NCBI GenBank assembly: GCA_963840255.1
Contig: CAWIYB010000003.1
Location: 385,314-449,313, forward strand
DNA: 64,000 nucleotides
Direction: 5' to 3'
Origin: an uncultured Chloroflexia bacterium
Lineage (GTDB): Bacteria > Chloroflexota > Anaerolineae > Anaerolineales > UBA4823
The stretch's first letter is position 1. Each line of letters opens with the position of its first letter. Below, one piece after another: positions 20,029 to 30,676 of the stretch. Below the pieces are notes generated by a model. That model was not told the DNA's origin, did no database searches, and was given only the letters and a program-made list of their open reading frames with translations. The position numbers and the translations under genes are program-made.

Positions 20029-23000
20029 ATGAAGACAAATGTTCCTCTCATATCCAGTCTTCGCAAACCATTCAGCTCTTTACTTTTATTGATCCTTTTT
20101 GGGCTAATTTCCTTTGGCTTCATCACCAAAGCCATTGGATATATTCTGGTGCAGCGAGAAACAGGGGTTTTAGGCAGCTACTACCGCTCTATCGGTGTCC
20201 TTGAAAATGTAAATGATCCCGAATCAGGTGATGTTTCAGCCGGGATCGACTTGATCAAAACCAGCCCCAATTTCGCTTATGGCGACCAGCGGCAGTTGGT
20301 ATCAGGCGTCTTGCAGCAAACTTATAATTCGTATGGAAGGTTCTTCTGGTCAAACAGTAGAATAATGAATGGATATCCTCAAGAGTATTGGTTCAATGTC
20401 CACAATACTGATAGATGGTTTATAGGCGAGCTTATCGCGAACGAAGAAGTAAAGGATGATAAACGGAAACAGCCGGAAGACAAGATAACGATCGGCTATT
20501 ATCTCGAATTTAGAATTGATACCCTTTTAGCCGCTTACCCCGAGGATGCCAGGCAAGGCTCATCGATAGGCGTCCTTTTTATGTTCGAAGGCAATGAAGC
20601 CGCTGTTCCCTTGATCGCGGAAATGGAAGCAGGCCAAAGATATCTTGTACGTTCTTGGAAAGAAGTCGGTTTTCCGCTGGATTTTGATTGGGAAAACACA
20701 CACCTCGCTGATCTTGAGCTCCTGCCGCTGGATGATCAAGGGCTTTGGTATATCCCGTTAGCCAGTGGGGCGAGTATTGATTTCAGCACTCCTGCAATGG
20801 CGTCCATTAAAAATGATATTGATATTCTAAACGAAAACCTGCATGTACTGGGCATTATCACCACCGCAGACATGAGTGCTATACCTAATACACAGGAAAC
20901 CTCTCGCGAGTATTACCTGGTCGAAGGACGATGGCTGAACCACCAGGACGAGCTTGCCGAGAGCAAAGTCATCGTGGTGCCAAATGACTTCGCAGCCATG
21001 CGAGATTATAAGCTAGGTGATGAGATTACGCTCACCTTCCGGCCGCTAAAAGACACCTTTTATGGTTTGATTCGCGATGGTGTAGATACATTCGCCTGGC
21101 GAACTTACCCGACCTACCAGGATACATTCAAAATCGTTGGATTATACGAAGGAACTACTAATACCGCGCTTCTTGCCTATATTCCATCATCCAGTTTGCG
21201 ACCTGGTTTTGCATCATCAACAAAATATCCATATCGTGCAGAAGGTGAGTATAGTTTTGTTCTCGACACTCCACGTCACGAAACCCAGTTCACTCAGGCG
21301 AATAAAGCTCCCCTTCAGGAGCTGGGTATCAACCTGACATTTCTCCCCAACAATGGACCAGCCTATTGGGCTGCGGTGGATCCTATCCGTCACTCCTCCT
21401 CCGCCGATATCCTGGTCTTTGGCCTGTTGATGGTCGTGGCGCTCATCATGGCGGTTTTTATCTACCTGATGCAGCGCAGACGCGACTATGCGATTTTACG
21501 AGCATTAGGTGTCCCAGTAAAGCCAGCCAACCGCCAGCTGGTCTTGCCCCTGCTTTTGTTAGGCGGACTCGGCATCATCCTGGGTGGGCTTCCATCCTGG
21601 AATTACGCATTACATCAAGCCAAAGCCTCCATATCCACCATTCCGACGCCAGCCGGAGTCTATCCTTCAGCAAACCTCAATCCCTTCTTTCTGGCTGGTT
21701 TGTGCTTGGCAATTTTCCTTCTCCTGGCATTGTTTTCCTGGCTGGGAGTGTTTCTACTGTCCCAGAAACCTGTCTTTGAGATTCTTCAAGGCCAGACTTA
21801 CCGGGCAAAAGGAGCGCAAAAGCTGAGGAGTGCTGGCGTATTGACTAAACCCATTCCTCCCTTATATTCAAGCCTGGCTGGTAATGCTGATGCTGATGGA
21901 AGAACACTGCAAGGACCTCCGGTGAGCAAAGCCAATCTCGCTGCGCAGAGCAAATACCATCCTTCTTCCTTGAGCCGGTATGTGATCCATCATTTAATGC
22001 GTTCCAGGTTTAAATCCTTCCTGACCCTGGCTATTGCCTTGGGCTTTACCCTCGCCTCGGGCTGGATCCTGCAAACTATAGAACGCAGTCGAATACAAGT
22101 AGACCGGCTCTACGATACCACCGTGGTTCAAGCCGACGTATTGCTGGCCGATACGACAAGATTATCAACCGAAGAAACACCCACCAAAGGAAGCGGCTTT
22201 ATCTACCAGAAGACCATCCAAAGTGTCATGAACAGCGGCTTCGTGAAGAGCAGTGCTCTCGAGGCGGATATCACCTGGCCGGAAATCGGAAATTTCGATA
22301 CCCCTGAAACCATTGTTGGATTCTTCCCGGTGTATGCCTATGACACTCCTGACGCATTTTATTCCGGCCTGGCAGATCCCGGTTCACTCAGCTTTGCGAC
22401 GGGCTGGGATATGGAGCGCATCGCCCAACCACGGACGCTGGACGATATCCGGCAAGATGGTGTACCAGCGCTTTTCCCGGCCATCCTGCTCGAGCAGCTG
22501 CAGCTTAAGGTCGGTGAGAAGGTTCAGATCACCGACCCATTCACGAATATCTTCCCCTGTGTCATTGTTGGACAGTACTCGGGTGGGAGATCATTCGGTG
22601 TTCAAGGGGGCAAAATTCCTTGGATATATTCAGCCAGAGATTCTATTCTAATCTCCCTCTCTGACATGAAATCTATAGAAGGAAGCCATATCAAGTACAC
22701 AGTGGCGCATTTCAGCCTCGATCCAACGAAAAATCGAGAGCTGGCGCAATTCCGCACAGAGATGGAAAAAGTCATACAAGCCTCCGGCGCAGGGACTGGC
22801 GACTTACGCTTCATGATTTGGGATGAAGAATTGAAGGTGGTGGTAAGCCAACTGGATAAGAACATCACCCTGCTCAAGGTGCTCTACCCGGTGGTGATGA
22901 CCGTGTCGGTTCTGATCGGGGCGGGATTGTGTTTACTGCTCCTCCTGCAAGCAACCAGGGAGGCCGCCATCATGCGTGTGCTGGGAACCACCAGAACTGC

Positions 23001-23226
23001 TGTCCGGCTGGCGTTGATCAGTGAGCCCTTAATCCTATCGATCATCGGGGTGATCATTGGTCTGGGGATTTCTCGTCTTTTGTGGACGGCATCGGGTCTT
23101 TTGCCAACCGATGCCATTATTGAGCAGTGCTGGGCTATACCTGGCAGGTGTTTTGGTCGGGTTGTTGATCGGCGCTATATCGGTCACCAATAAAAAACCG
23201 ATTGAGCTCTTACAAGTCAAAGAATA
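20029..23226 (+). pseudogene. Giant double-FtsX ABC permease (MacB/YbbP-like, two large extracytoplasmic domains); frameshift near 23120 displaces the last TM helix
   Basis: Two TM clusters (about 21400-21790 and 22860-23226), each preceded by a long soluble domain. The canonical FtsX C-terminus 'GLYLAGVLVGLLIGAISVTNKKPIELLQVKE*' is read only in the +1 frame. Confidence 0.7.
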
Positions 23227-23237
23227 AGGAGCGAAAT

Positions 23238-23969
23238 ATGCCTGAGCTCAAGCTAGAAAACGTAAGTTATCAATACAAAGGCGGTGACCGCAAGGTGGTC
23301 AACGATGTTACCTGCCTGTTTGAAGGTGGCAAGCTGAACTCCGTCGTCGGGCCTTCAGGCAGTGGTAAGACTACCCTGCTCTCGCTTATGGCTGGTCTCG
23401 ACCAGCCCAACCAGGGGCACATCTATATCGATGGTGAATCCCTTGCCGACCTGGATTTGGATCAATATCGCCGCGAGCGGGTTTCGATGATCTTTCAAGC
23501 ATTCCATCTATTTCCCCTTTTAACCGCCCTGGAAAATGTTTGCTTTCCCATGCAGCTCAATGGTGTTCCAACGGAAGAAATTCAGGATAGGGGAAAAAGA
23601 TATTTATCCTCAGTCGGGATAACGGAAGATAAATTCAAGCGCTTCCCTGCCAATCTCTCGGGGGGCGAGCAGCAGCGAATTGCCATTGCCCGCACACTCG
23701 CCACTGGCGCACATGTATTGTTAGCCGATGAACCCACAGGTAATCTGGATAAGGCCAATGGGGATATATTGATTGAGATCCTTGGGCAATTGGCCCATGA
23801 ACAGGGGTATTGTGTCATTATCGTCACGCATGATCCCAGCATTGCAGAGCGTTCCGACAAAGTCTGGCGCATGACCGATGGGGTATTAATAGAACAACAA
23901 CGAGATTTGAGTTCGATCGGGATCGGAGTCGGAGAAAGCACCGCGAGCCAATTGAGCATAGCGGGTTAA
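23238..23969 (+). CDS. ABC transporter ATP-binding protein (LolD/MacB-type) partner of the FtsX permease
   Basis: Walker A 'GPSGSGKTT', signature 'LSGGEQQR', Walker B 'LLADEPTGNLD'. Its last ~20 codons lie inside repeat R1. Confidence 0.85.
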   Translation: MPELKLENVSYQYKGGDRKVVNDVTCLFEGGKLNSVVGPSGSGKTTLLSLMAGLDQPNQGHIYIDGESLADLDLDQYRRERVSMIFQAFHLFPLLTALENVCFPMQLNGVPTEEIQDRGKRYLSSVGITEDKFKRFPANLSGGEQQRIAIARTLATGAHVLLADEPTGNLDKANGDILIEILGQLAHEQGYCVIIVTHDPSIAERSDKVWRMTDGVLIEQQRDLSSIGIGVGESTASQLSIAG

Positions 23970-24056
23970 GAGCCCGCCGAAGCCGCCTAAAGGCAGGTGA
24001 CAGCACGGCAGGTGACGTGACCCCAGCATCCCAGCCACTATGATCGGAAGGATCCC
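23901..24056. repeat. Dispersed repeat copy R1
   Basis: Shares identical blocks with 27031-27268: the 17-mer tcgatcgggatcggagt, the 15-mer tgagcatagcgggtt, ggtgacgtgacc(c)cagcatcc and gcacggcaggtgac. Confidence 0.7.
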
Positions 24057-24354
24057 AGTCCTTCGGAGCAAGAGATGGAGGGTTCGAATACCTCCAGGCC
24101 CACAAGTCTAGAGTGATTATTACATCTTAACTCTGTCAAAACATACTTCCGGTCGGCAATCCTTGCTTCATAACGATGAATATCGCGCGCAGATCCCGCG
24201 CAGTTGCGGTGCAAATATTCCGATACAGTATGGTAATCGTGGATTTTATGGTCCTTTTTACAATTCGATGTATACTCTAATCAAACAAGTCATACCTTTC
24301 TTATTCTAAATAGTCATTCATCTACACTTTTAATTAACACCAGGGTTAATTATT

Positions 24355-25674
24355 ATGAATGTAAAATTATTTTTATTTTCTAGCGTCATGCTTCTCCTGG
24401 CCAGCTGCACATCGCCTTCCCCTAGGTCGATAGCACGATACCTAACCCTCACACCTACGCCGACATTAATTCCAGCGGCGACATTCTCACCACCCTGCCT
24501 TGGAACGCAAGTGACCGGCTATTATCCAACCTCTACACCCCAACCGACCCTGGACAAAGGTCCAATCTTGGAGTCAACGTCTATCATCGCTCCAGAATTA
24601 TCTATGAAACCCCCTTTAGGAATTGTATATCGAACCTGGTCTGGCTTATGGATCATAACAAAGAATGGCAGTTCCCGATTGCCTGTGAAGAATAATTTAG
24701 GTAAATATACGGCAAAATTTTGCTCTACGGGTGAAAGCATCCTCGTTGATAAAAACGGAAATGCATCTGATAAGTATATGGTTCAAAATTTGGTCACAGG
24801 AAAGACGGTAGATATAACTGCCAGCCCAGATCAATACTTTTGTTCTATAGACTGGTTGGGAAATCGTTGTGATACCCTACTGGCATACCCAATGCTTCGT
24901 TCTGGTCCTAGTAGCGATTGCATTAGCTATCCTGTTCTCATCGATATGAACGGAAATATCAATATCATTGGCACGAGCTCATCCAGCCCATATAACAAAG
25001 CTGCGGTTTCTCCCAATGGTGAGTACATAGCTTATAGCGATCGTGGCGATCCTGTCCTTTATAAATTGGGAAATGGATCAATGCCTTTGAATTTCGATCA
25101 GGATGTTTTTCCGGGCTGCGACTATTATTTTTATTATCCTACTTGGTCAGGTGATAGCAATATGGTCGCATGGGAAGTGATGGGTCGCATCAATGGCTCA
25201 AGTGTTGAGGGAATTGGGATTTATGACCTGCCTGGCAACACATCTGCGTTTTTGTATCCATATGCTGTGGACTTAGACCCTCACCTCAATATTTCTTGGA
25301 ACCCGAAGCAAGACTACCTGCTGATTCGTAGCCGTACCGACGGCAGCCCCCTATCAGTGATCAAACCGGATGGAACCACATTGTTCTATCTGGATAATGC
25401 TCAGTTACACAATTGGAGCCCAGATGGTGAATGGTTGTCATATGGTGTTAACACATCAACAGGGACAATTCAATATGTAATTTCATCGGATGGCCATGAA
25501 CTTCATGCGCTCTCGCACGGTTGGAATTTTTTTGACTGGAGTCCTGATAGTCGTTACCTTGTTTATCAAGATCACGATGGGTATGTTATCGTAAAGACTG
25601 GCGAATGGGTGCCGTATCGCTTGCATATACCGAGCGGTGCAAAACTTATGGACTGGATAAATCAAGCTCCGTAA
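24355..25674 (+). CDS. Lipoprotein with PD40/TolB-like beta-propeller repeats
   Basis: Lipobox 'LLLASC'. Recurring 'SP(D/N)G..(L/I).Y' blades ('VSPNGEYIAY', 'WSPDGEWLSY', 'WSPDSRYLVY'). Low GC. Confidence 0.65.
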   Translation: MNVKLFLFSSVMLLLASCTSPSPRSIARYLTLTPTPTLIPAATFSPPCLGTQVTGYYPTSTPQPTLDKGPILESTSIIAPELSMKPPLGIVYRTWSGLWIITKNGSSRLPVKNNLGKYTAKFCSTGESILVDKNGNASDKYMVQNLVTGKTVDITASPDQYFCSIDWLGNRCDTLLAYPMLRSGPSSDCISYPVLIDMNGNINIIGTSSSSPYNKAAVSPNGEYIAYSDRGDPVLYKLGNGSMPLNFDQDVFPGCDYYFYYPTWSGDSNMVAWEVMGRINGSSVEGIGIYDLPGNTSAFLYPYAVDLDPHLNISWNPKQDYLLIRSRTDGSPLSVIKPDGTTLFYLDNAQLHNWSPDGEWLSYGVNTSTGTIQYVISSDGHELHALSHGWNFFDWSPDSRYLVYQDHDGYVIVKTGEWVPYRLHIPSGAKLMDWINQAP

Positions 25675-25799
25675 ATCAATCCTGGTTAGTGCCAAACCCT
25701 TCCTCGATATTTATTTACACCAATATAGAAAATCCCAGACCTCACAGGTTTTGAACACCTGTGGACCCTTGGCTGACATTTGTTCAAACTTATGGCAGC

Positions 25800-26112
25800 T
25801 TATTCGCCCCGGCAGGGAAATAGCTCGCAGACCCAGGTTTCGCTGTTGAGCAGCCTACTCAGGATACTGGCTATTTCGCCTTCCCTGGCGCAGGTGTCGA
25901 GAATGCGCCTGCGGGTGCCTGTTAGAGGCGGGATGAACCAGGAAGCCATGGCGTCCGCTAGTTGTGGTGGGTATGGGTAGTACCCACCTTTTTCTATTCC
26001 AGCAAGTCTCAAGTGTGTATCCTCCGTGTGAATAACTTCCAGGAGGACTCTTCGCCCCGAGGGGCAGCGAGTACGCCTCGAGGGGATAGGTAGATTGAAC
26101 TGGTTTAGTCAC
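25800..26112 (-). pseudogene. Remnant of a SAM-dependent (DNA) methyltransferase, N-terminal ~100 codons, frameshifted and truncated
   Basis: 'RLAGIEKGGYYPYPPQLAD..RRILDTCAREGEI' resembles the 'GYYPTP ... ILDPCAGEG' motif-I region. There is a stop after 'ETWVCELFPCRGE' and a frame break near 26010. Confidence 0.5.
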
Positions 26113-26350
26113 AAATTGGGGTCTAAAATTGTTATTAGATCGCCTCCTAGAGGATCTATTGTAGTTAAAGATCTGCCAATGTTATTATTTTATGTTAAAA
26201 AGATATCCATTGTTCAAGAATTAAACGGTTATATTTCATACGTATTCGAGATTACAAGAGCCGATGCAAAAAAACCATTGATGATAAAATCAAATCACTC
26301 TACAAATACATAAGTAAAACAGTAATTGTTCTATGGGGAGGGGAAATGTA

Positions 26351-26926
26351 ATGAACAAAAATCGACGATTTCCAATTTGGATTTTTCCAATCTTTGGAGT
26401 AATCATTGGTTTCGTGCTTGCGAGTATTGGAAGCCAAGGTTCAATTACGGTGTGGGAGAAATTAAATCGCCCACCAGAAAAGATAGTGCGCATTATTGGG
26501 AATGTGGATGGATACAATCTTTTAGTTGAAACTATTACCGGAGAAACTATTTATGTGGAGACAACTCACTGTGTAATATATGATAATCAATCATCACAAC
26601 GATACGTAGGTATCCAGGCTCATCCCGAGCAAAACTACACACCAATTTTTCAAATCCCGTCGTTATCGTTTCCAGTCAAACAATACTACAATATTGACTA
26701 TTTCGCCGACGGACCTAGAGCATTATTACGGTTTGCTTTGTCTGAAAATGGGGATCTATGGTCCTGGAATTTTTGTGATAGTGGGTATCCAAGTTTAAAT
26801 CATTGTCTATTTCCTCTGATTGGCTTATTTGCAGGCGGGATCCTGGCTGTGATAATGTTTGCAATTCGAGGATTTACGAGATTTTATAAACATATTGCTT
26901 CCGGAAAGAATATTACCCAAGGTTAA
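26351..26926 (+). CDS. Hypothetical bitopic membrane protein (N- and C-terminal TM helices)
   Basis: GGGGAGGGG RBS lies 7 nt upstream of ATG 26351. About 33% GC. I recognise no family. Confidence 0.45.
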   Translation: MNKNRRFPIWIFPIFGVIIGFVLASIGSQGSITVWEKLNRPPEKIVRIIGNVDGYNLLVETITGETIYVETTHCVIYDNQSSQRYVGIQAHPEQNYTPIFQIPSLSFPVKQYYNIDYFADGPRALLRFALSENGDLWSWNFCDSGYPSLNHCLFPLIGLFAGGILAVIMFAIRGFTRFYKHIASGKNITQG

Positions 26927-27030
26927 AATCGGCTATCGGCCTGGTAGGGGTTGCCCCAAATACTTTTGGGACAGCCTCATCTGGGTTGAATTAAGATTAG
27001 CTATTTTACGAGTTTATTTCTCCAGATCAC

Positions 27031-27268
27031 CGAGATCGATCGGGATCGGAGTGAGAATATCATCCATCAGGTGCGCTGCTGAAGCAAGGGAGGCAAAGCC
27101 GAGCGGCTCATCTTGCGTCCCTGGAATGTAGTGAGCATAGCGGGTTTAGATAGCCAGGGACGCCGAAGAGCACGGCACCGCTGGAGATCACAGCAGGTGG
27201 CGGTGACGTGACCCAGCATCCGCCGAAGAGCACGGCAGGTGACCCCAGCCGCGATCATCCGATTGATC
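27031..27268. repeat. Dispersed repeat copy R2 (longer, with internal 17-nt duplication cgccgaagagcacggca at 27161 and 27221)
   Basis: See R1. The ends are imperfectly inverted: gatcgatcgggatcgg versus the reverse complement of cgatcatccgattgatc. Confidence 0.7.
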
Positions 27269-27299
27269 TCATATAAGTTATTAAACCAGCCCGCCTTCT

Positions 27300-28007
27300 T
27301 TATTTCCCCAGGTAGGCCGCCTTGACCACTTCGCTGGTCTTGAACTGCTCGATATCCCCCTCTAATACAATCCTGCCGACCTGCAGTGCGTAGCCCTTAC
27401 TGGCAACCCCTAACGCCAGGGAAACATTCTGTTCCACCAGCAGCACGCTGATGCCACGCGCATTGATGTATTGGATCACCGGCACCAGCTCCGCCACCAT
27501 CAAGGGTGCCAAGCCGAGGGAGGGCTCATCCATCAACAACAGCTTTGGGTCTGCCATCAAGCCGCGACCAATGGCCACCATCTGCTGCTCGCCTCCGCTC
27601 AGCGTGCCAGCCTTTTGAGTGCGTCTTTCAAACAGGCGGGGGAAATGTTCAAAGACGTTTTCCAGGTCCCGTTTAATCGCCTGCTGGTCTTTGCGCAAGC
27701 TTGCACCCAGCTTCAGGTTGCTCAATACGGTAAGATAAGGGAACAGTCTCCTGCCCTGGGGAATATGCACCAGCCCCAAGGCGACGATTTTGGCTGCCGG
27801 GAGCCCGTTGATCCGGGTGCCCCTGAACCAGATTTCCCCGCTCGTGGCAGGGATCAAGCCCGACATGGTGCGGAGAAGCGTGGTTTTTCCTGCCCCGTTG
27901 GCGCCCACCAGGGTCACCACAGCACCCTCGGCGACTTCCATGGATACGTTTTCGAGCGCCACAGCTTTACCGTAGTGGACGGTAAGGTTGGATACATTAA
28001 GGAGCAT
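27300..28007 (-). CDS. livF: Branched-chain amino acid-type ABC transporter ATPase
   Basis: 'GANGAGKTT', 'LSGGEQQM', 235 aa. Overlaps the livG end. Confidence 0.85.
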   Translation of the reverse strand: MLLNVSNLTVHYGKAVALENVSMEVAEGAVVTLVGANGAGKTTLLRTMSGLIPATSGEIWFRGTRINGLPAAKIVALGLVHIPQGRRLFPYLTVLSNLKLGASLRKDQQAIKRDLENVFEHFPRLFERRTQKAGTLSGGEQQMVAIGRGLMADPKLLLMDEPSLGLAPLMVAELVPVIQYINARGISVLLVEQNVSLALGVASKGYALQVGRIVLEGDIEQFKTSEVVKAAYLGK

Positions 28008-28758
28008 TTTGCTCTCCCAGGTAGGCTTTGATGACCTCCGGATTGCCCCTCACCTCGCCGACGGTGCCCTCCCCTATTTTTTGCCCAAAATTGATTGCCA
28101 CCACGTGGTCACACAAATCCAGGATCTGCATATTATGTTCGATTACCAGGATGGTCATCCCCTGTTGGCGCACTTTTGCCATTATATCCATGGTGAAAGC
28201 GATCTCGTCCGTGTTCATCCCACCCAATGGCTCGTCCAGCATGAGCAGCTTGGGCTTCACCGCCAGGGCCCTGGCAATCCCCAGCATCTTCTGGTAGCCG
28301 TGGGGCAGGTTCCGGGCGCGCTCATCCTTCACTTTACTCAAACCCACCAGGTCCAGGATTTTTAAAGACTGTTCCAATACGTAGGCCTCGTTTTTCCGGT
28401 AGGTGGGGGTATTGAAGAAAGAGTCCCAGAAGCTGGATTTCGGGTGCAGGTAGTAGGACGCGACCACATTTTCAAGCGTGGTGAACTCGGTGAAGAGCGG
28501 TGTTAGCTGAAAGGTACGCCCGATTCCGGCACTTGCCAGGGTATGGGGGCGTTTTCCGGTCACATCCTTGCCATCGAAAGCCACCTTACCTGCCGATGGG
28601 CGGATCACACCCGTGATCAGGTTGAAGACGGTGGTCTTGCCGGCGCCGTTTGGTCCGATCAACCCCACCACCTGACCTTCATCGACGCCCATGCTGAACT
28701 GATTGACTGCCATCAGCCCGCCGAAGTTCTTGGTCAATTGACTGATTTCAAGCAGCAC
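27997..28758 (-). CDS. livG: Branched-chain amino acid-type ABC transporter ATPase
   Basis: 'GPNGAGKTT', '[15 protein letters not shown]'. I chose GTG 28758 ('[14 protein letters not shown]') because it fits the family N-terminus; the ORF-track start at 28815 would overlap livM by 68 nt. Confidence 0.85.
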   Translation of the reverse strand: MLLEISQLTKNFGGLMAVNQFSMGVDEGQVVGLIGPNGAGKTTVFNLITGVIRPSAGKVAFDGKDVTGKRPHTLASAGIGRTFQLTPLFTEFTTLENVVASYYLHPKSSFWDSFFNTPTYRKNEAYVLEQSLKILDLVGLSKVKDERARNLPHGYQKMLGIARALAVKPKLLMLDEPLGGMNTDEIAFTMDIMAKVRQQGMTILVIEHNMQILDLCDHVVAINFGQKIGEGTVGEVRGNPEVIKAYLGEQNAP

Positions 28759-29755
28759 GCTTAGCCACCTCGTCCACCGGCTCGATCTTTTTTGCCTTCC
28801 TCGGATGTTCTTCACGCCAGCGCCTGATTTGATTGGGCAACCCCGCCAGCCCTTGCGGCATCAGGAACAGCACCAGCAGCAGGATGCCGGCGAAAATAAA
28901 TGGCACATATTCCTTTAAGTGTCTAAAGATCTCGGGGATGATCAGTAGCGCGGCTGTGCCCACGATCGGTCCGGCAAATAAGCCTGCTCCTCCGACCGTC
29001 ATATAGACAAATACGTTGATGCTGGTGCCAAAGCTGAATGTCTCCTGGGTAAGCAGGGCGAAATAGTGTGCATAGGCCACCCCAGCGACACCACTGAAGG
29101 TGCAAGCCACACCGAAGCACAGGATCCTCTGCCAGGCCTCATTGATGCCGATGCTGGAAGCGACGGTGTGCGATTGCGCTACGGCTTTCCACGTCAGGCC
29201 AATCCGGCTGTGCTCCAGGCGGTACATCAGGCCCAGGCAGACCAGCATCAATGCCAGAATGAAATAGTAGTAAGGGGTCTTGTTATAACCAAACAGCATT
29301 GGAATCGTCCCGATGCCCGAGTAGCCGCCAGTGTACTTGCTGAAGACCTGATTAACTGCCAGCACACCGATCCCGAAGAACAGGCTGACCATGGTGAAAT
29401 AGATGCCCCTCACGCGGGTGAAGGGTATGGCGACCAGGAATGCAATGATGATGGTTGCCCCGATGCCGATCAGCATGGTGATCCACGGGCTCCATCCCAG
29501 GTATTTTGCTAGAATACCCGACGTGTAGGCTCCAATCGCCATGAATGCGGCGTGACCAATCGACCCTTGCCCGGATAGGTCTAAAACCCGTAATGAGCTG
29601 GCGACAATGATCCAGATGAACACTCCAATGAGGATATGCATGTAGTAGATCCGCAATCCCAATGGGGGCAGAACAAACAGGAAGCCGATCAAGAGCGCGA
29701 GGCTGGCGAGCGTGGTGATCCGTTTGTGCTGCCCCAGGAATGATTTTATGCGCAT
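28748..29755 (-). CDS. livM: Branched-chain amino acid-type ABC permease
   Basis: 335 aa polytopic protein with 'GQGSIGHAAFMAIGAY', typical of LivM. Confidence 0.8.
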   Translation of the reverse strand: MRIKSFLGQHKRITTLASLALLIGFLFVLPPLGLRIYYMHILIGVFIWIIVASSLRVLDLSGQGSIGHAAFMAIGAYTSGILAKYLGWSPWITMLIGIGATIIIAFLVAIPFTRVRGIYFTMVSLFFGIGVLAVNQVFSKYTGGYSGIGTIPMLFGYNKTPYYYFILALMLVCLGLMYRLEHSRIGLTWKAVAQSHTVASSIGINEAWQRILCFGVACTFSGVAGVAYAHYFALLTQETFSFGTSINVFVYMTVGGAGLFAGPIVGTAALLIIPEIFRHLKEYVPFIFAGILLLVLFLMPQGLAGLPNQIRRWREEHPRKAKKIEPVDEVAKRAA

Positions 29756-29770
29756 ATCCGCCTCCGGCCC

Positions 29771-30631
29771 CTAGAACAACTCATATCCGAATAAGCCTTT
29801 GGGACGGATCAATAAAATCAGGATAACGATCAGGATGGTAATCAGCTCGCCCACGGAGGCCTGGGTTAGCACGGGCAGAAAGGAGTTCAACATTCCCATG
29901 ATCAGTCCACCGGCGAGGATGCCACCAATGCTGCCGATGCCGCTCAGGATGACCACCTGGATGGCTTTCAAGAGGATATTGTCTCCCATGAAGGGATTCA
30001 TACTAAAAATCGTTGCCATCAGAGAGCCTGCCAGCGCCGCAGTGCCGCAGGCAATCACCGTCGCCGTAGCCGCGATGCGGTGGGTGTCAATGCCCTGCAA
30101 GGCGGCCCCTTCCGCATCCTGCGCCACTGCCAACATCTGCTGCCCCACCTTGGTCATCTGGATCATGTAGGTCAAGGTCATCAGGAGCACCGCGCCGATC
30201 CCGAAGGTGAGGATGCGTTCAGCATCCACTGAGATGAAGCCAACTCTCAAGATGCCCGGTACAAACGCAGGGATGGCCCGGGTGACGCCGCCGAGAGTCA
30301 CTTCCACAGTAGTCTGGAGGATGATGATGAGGGCAATTGCCATCACGATCATGCGGGTTGGAATGGTTTTGAAGGGTCGAAAGCAGAACCGCTCCAGGAA
30401 CAGCCCGGAGGCGCCCACCAGGATCACCGAGAGCACCAGGGAGAACCATTGGTTCAAACCCAACCCAACTGCAAGCCCGTAGGTGACGTAGGCGCCGATC
30501 ATATAAATAGCACCATGAGCAAAATTGAATATGCCCATGATGCTAAGCTGGAGGCCAAAACCGAGTGCTACCAGGATGTAAATCGACGATAACACCAGGC
30601 CATTCACCGTGCACGTTATGAGTGTATTCAT
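29771..30631 (-). CDS. livH: Branched-chain amino acid-type ABC permease
   Basis: 286 aa polytopic protein with 'GIFNFAHGAIYMIGAY', typical of LivH. Confidence 0.8.
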   Translation of the reverse strand: MNTLITCTVNGLVLSSIYILVALGFGLQLSIMGIFNFAHGAIYMIGAYVTYGLAVGLGLNQWFSLVLSVILVGASGLFLERFCFRPFKTIPTRMIVMAIALIIILQTTVEVTLGGVTRAIPAFVPGILRVGFISVDAERILTFGIGAVLLMTLTYMIQMTKVGQQMLAVAQDAEGAALQGIDTHRIAATATVIACGTAALAGSLMATIFSMNPFMGDNILLKAIQVVILSGIGSIGGILAGGLIMGMLNSFLPVLTQASVGELITILIVILILLIRPKGLFGYELF

Positions 30632-30676
30632 CAGCTAATGTTTATCACTCCACAGGTTGCAAGCTATGACCTCAAC

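Noticed and set aside
24028-24106. A complete tRNA (or tmRNA 3' domain) ending at the GGAGG-GTTCGAATA-CCTCC element; likewise at 19575-19672.
   Set aside because: There is no complementary 5' acceptor strand, D-arm or anticodon arm within 70-90 nt upstream. The T-loop would be 9 nt, or carry a G:A closing mismatch. I treat these as fragments only.
26095-26313. A 72-aa ORF in very AT-rich DNA as a small protein gene.
   Set aside because: It has no RBS, no recognisable motif, and a composition-driven open frame, so support is insufficient.
27161-27237. Possible CRISPR-like or tandem array (cgccgaagagcacggca repeated 60 nt apart).
   Set aside because: There are only two copies, no regular repeat-spacer periodicity and no cas genes in the window. 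It is better explained as an internal duplication of the dispersed repeat R2.
23901-27268. R1/R2 as the variable and template repeats of a diversity-generating retroelement.
   Set aside because: There is no reverse transcriptase in the window. The differences between copies are indels and block insertions rather than adenine-specific substitutions, and R2 is not inside a CDS.
19700-27300. A prophage or integrative element with mobility genes.
   Set aside because: No integrase, transposase, recombinase or phage structural genes are readable in any frame. Only compositional and repeat evidence exists, and that is reported as a finding instead.
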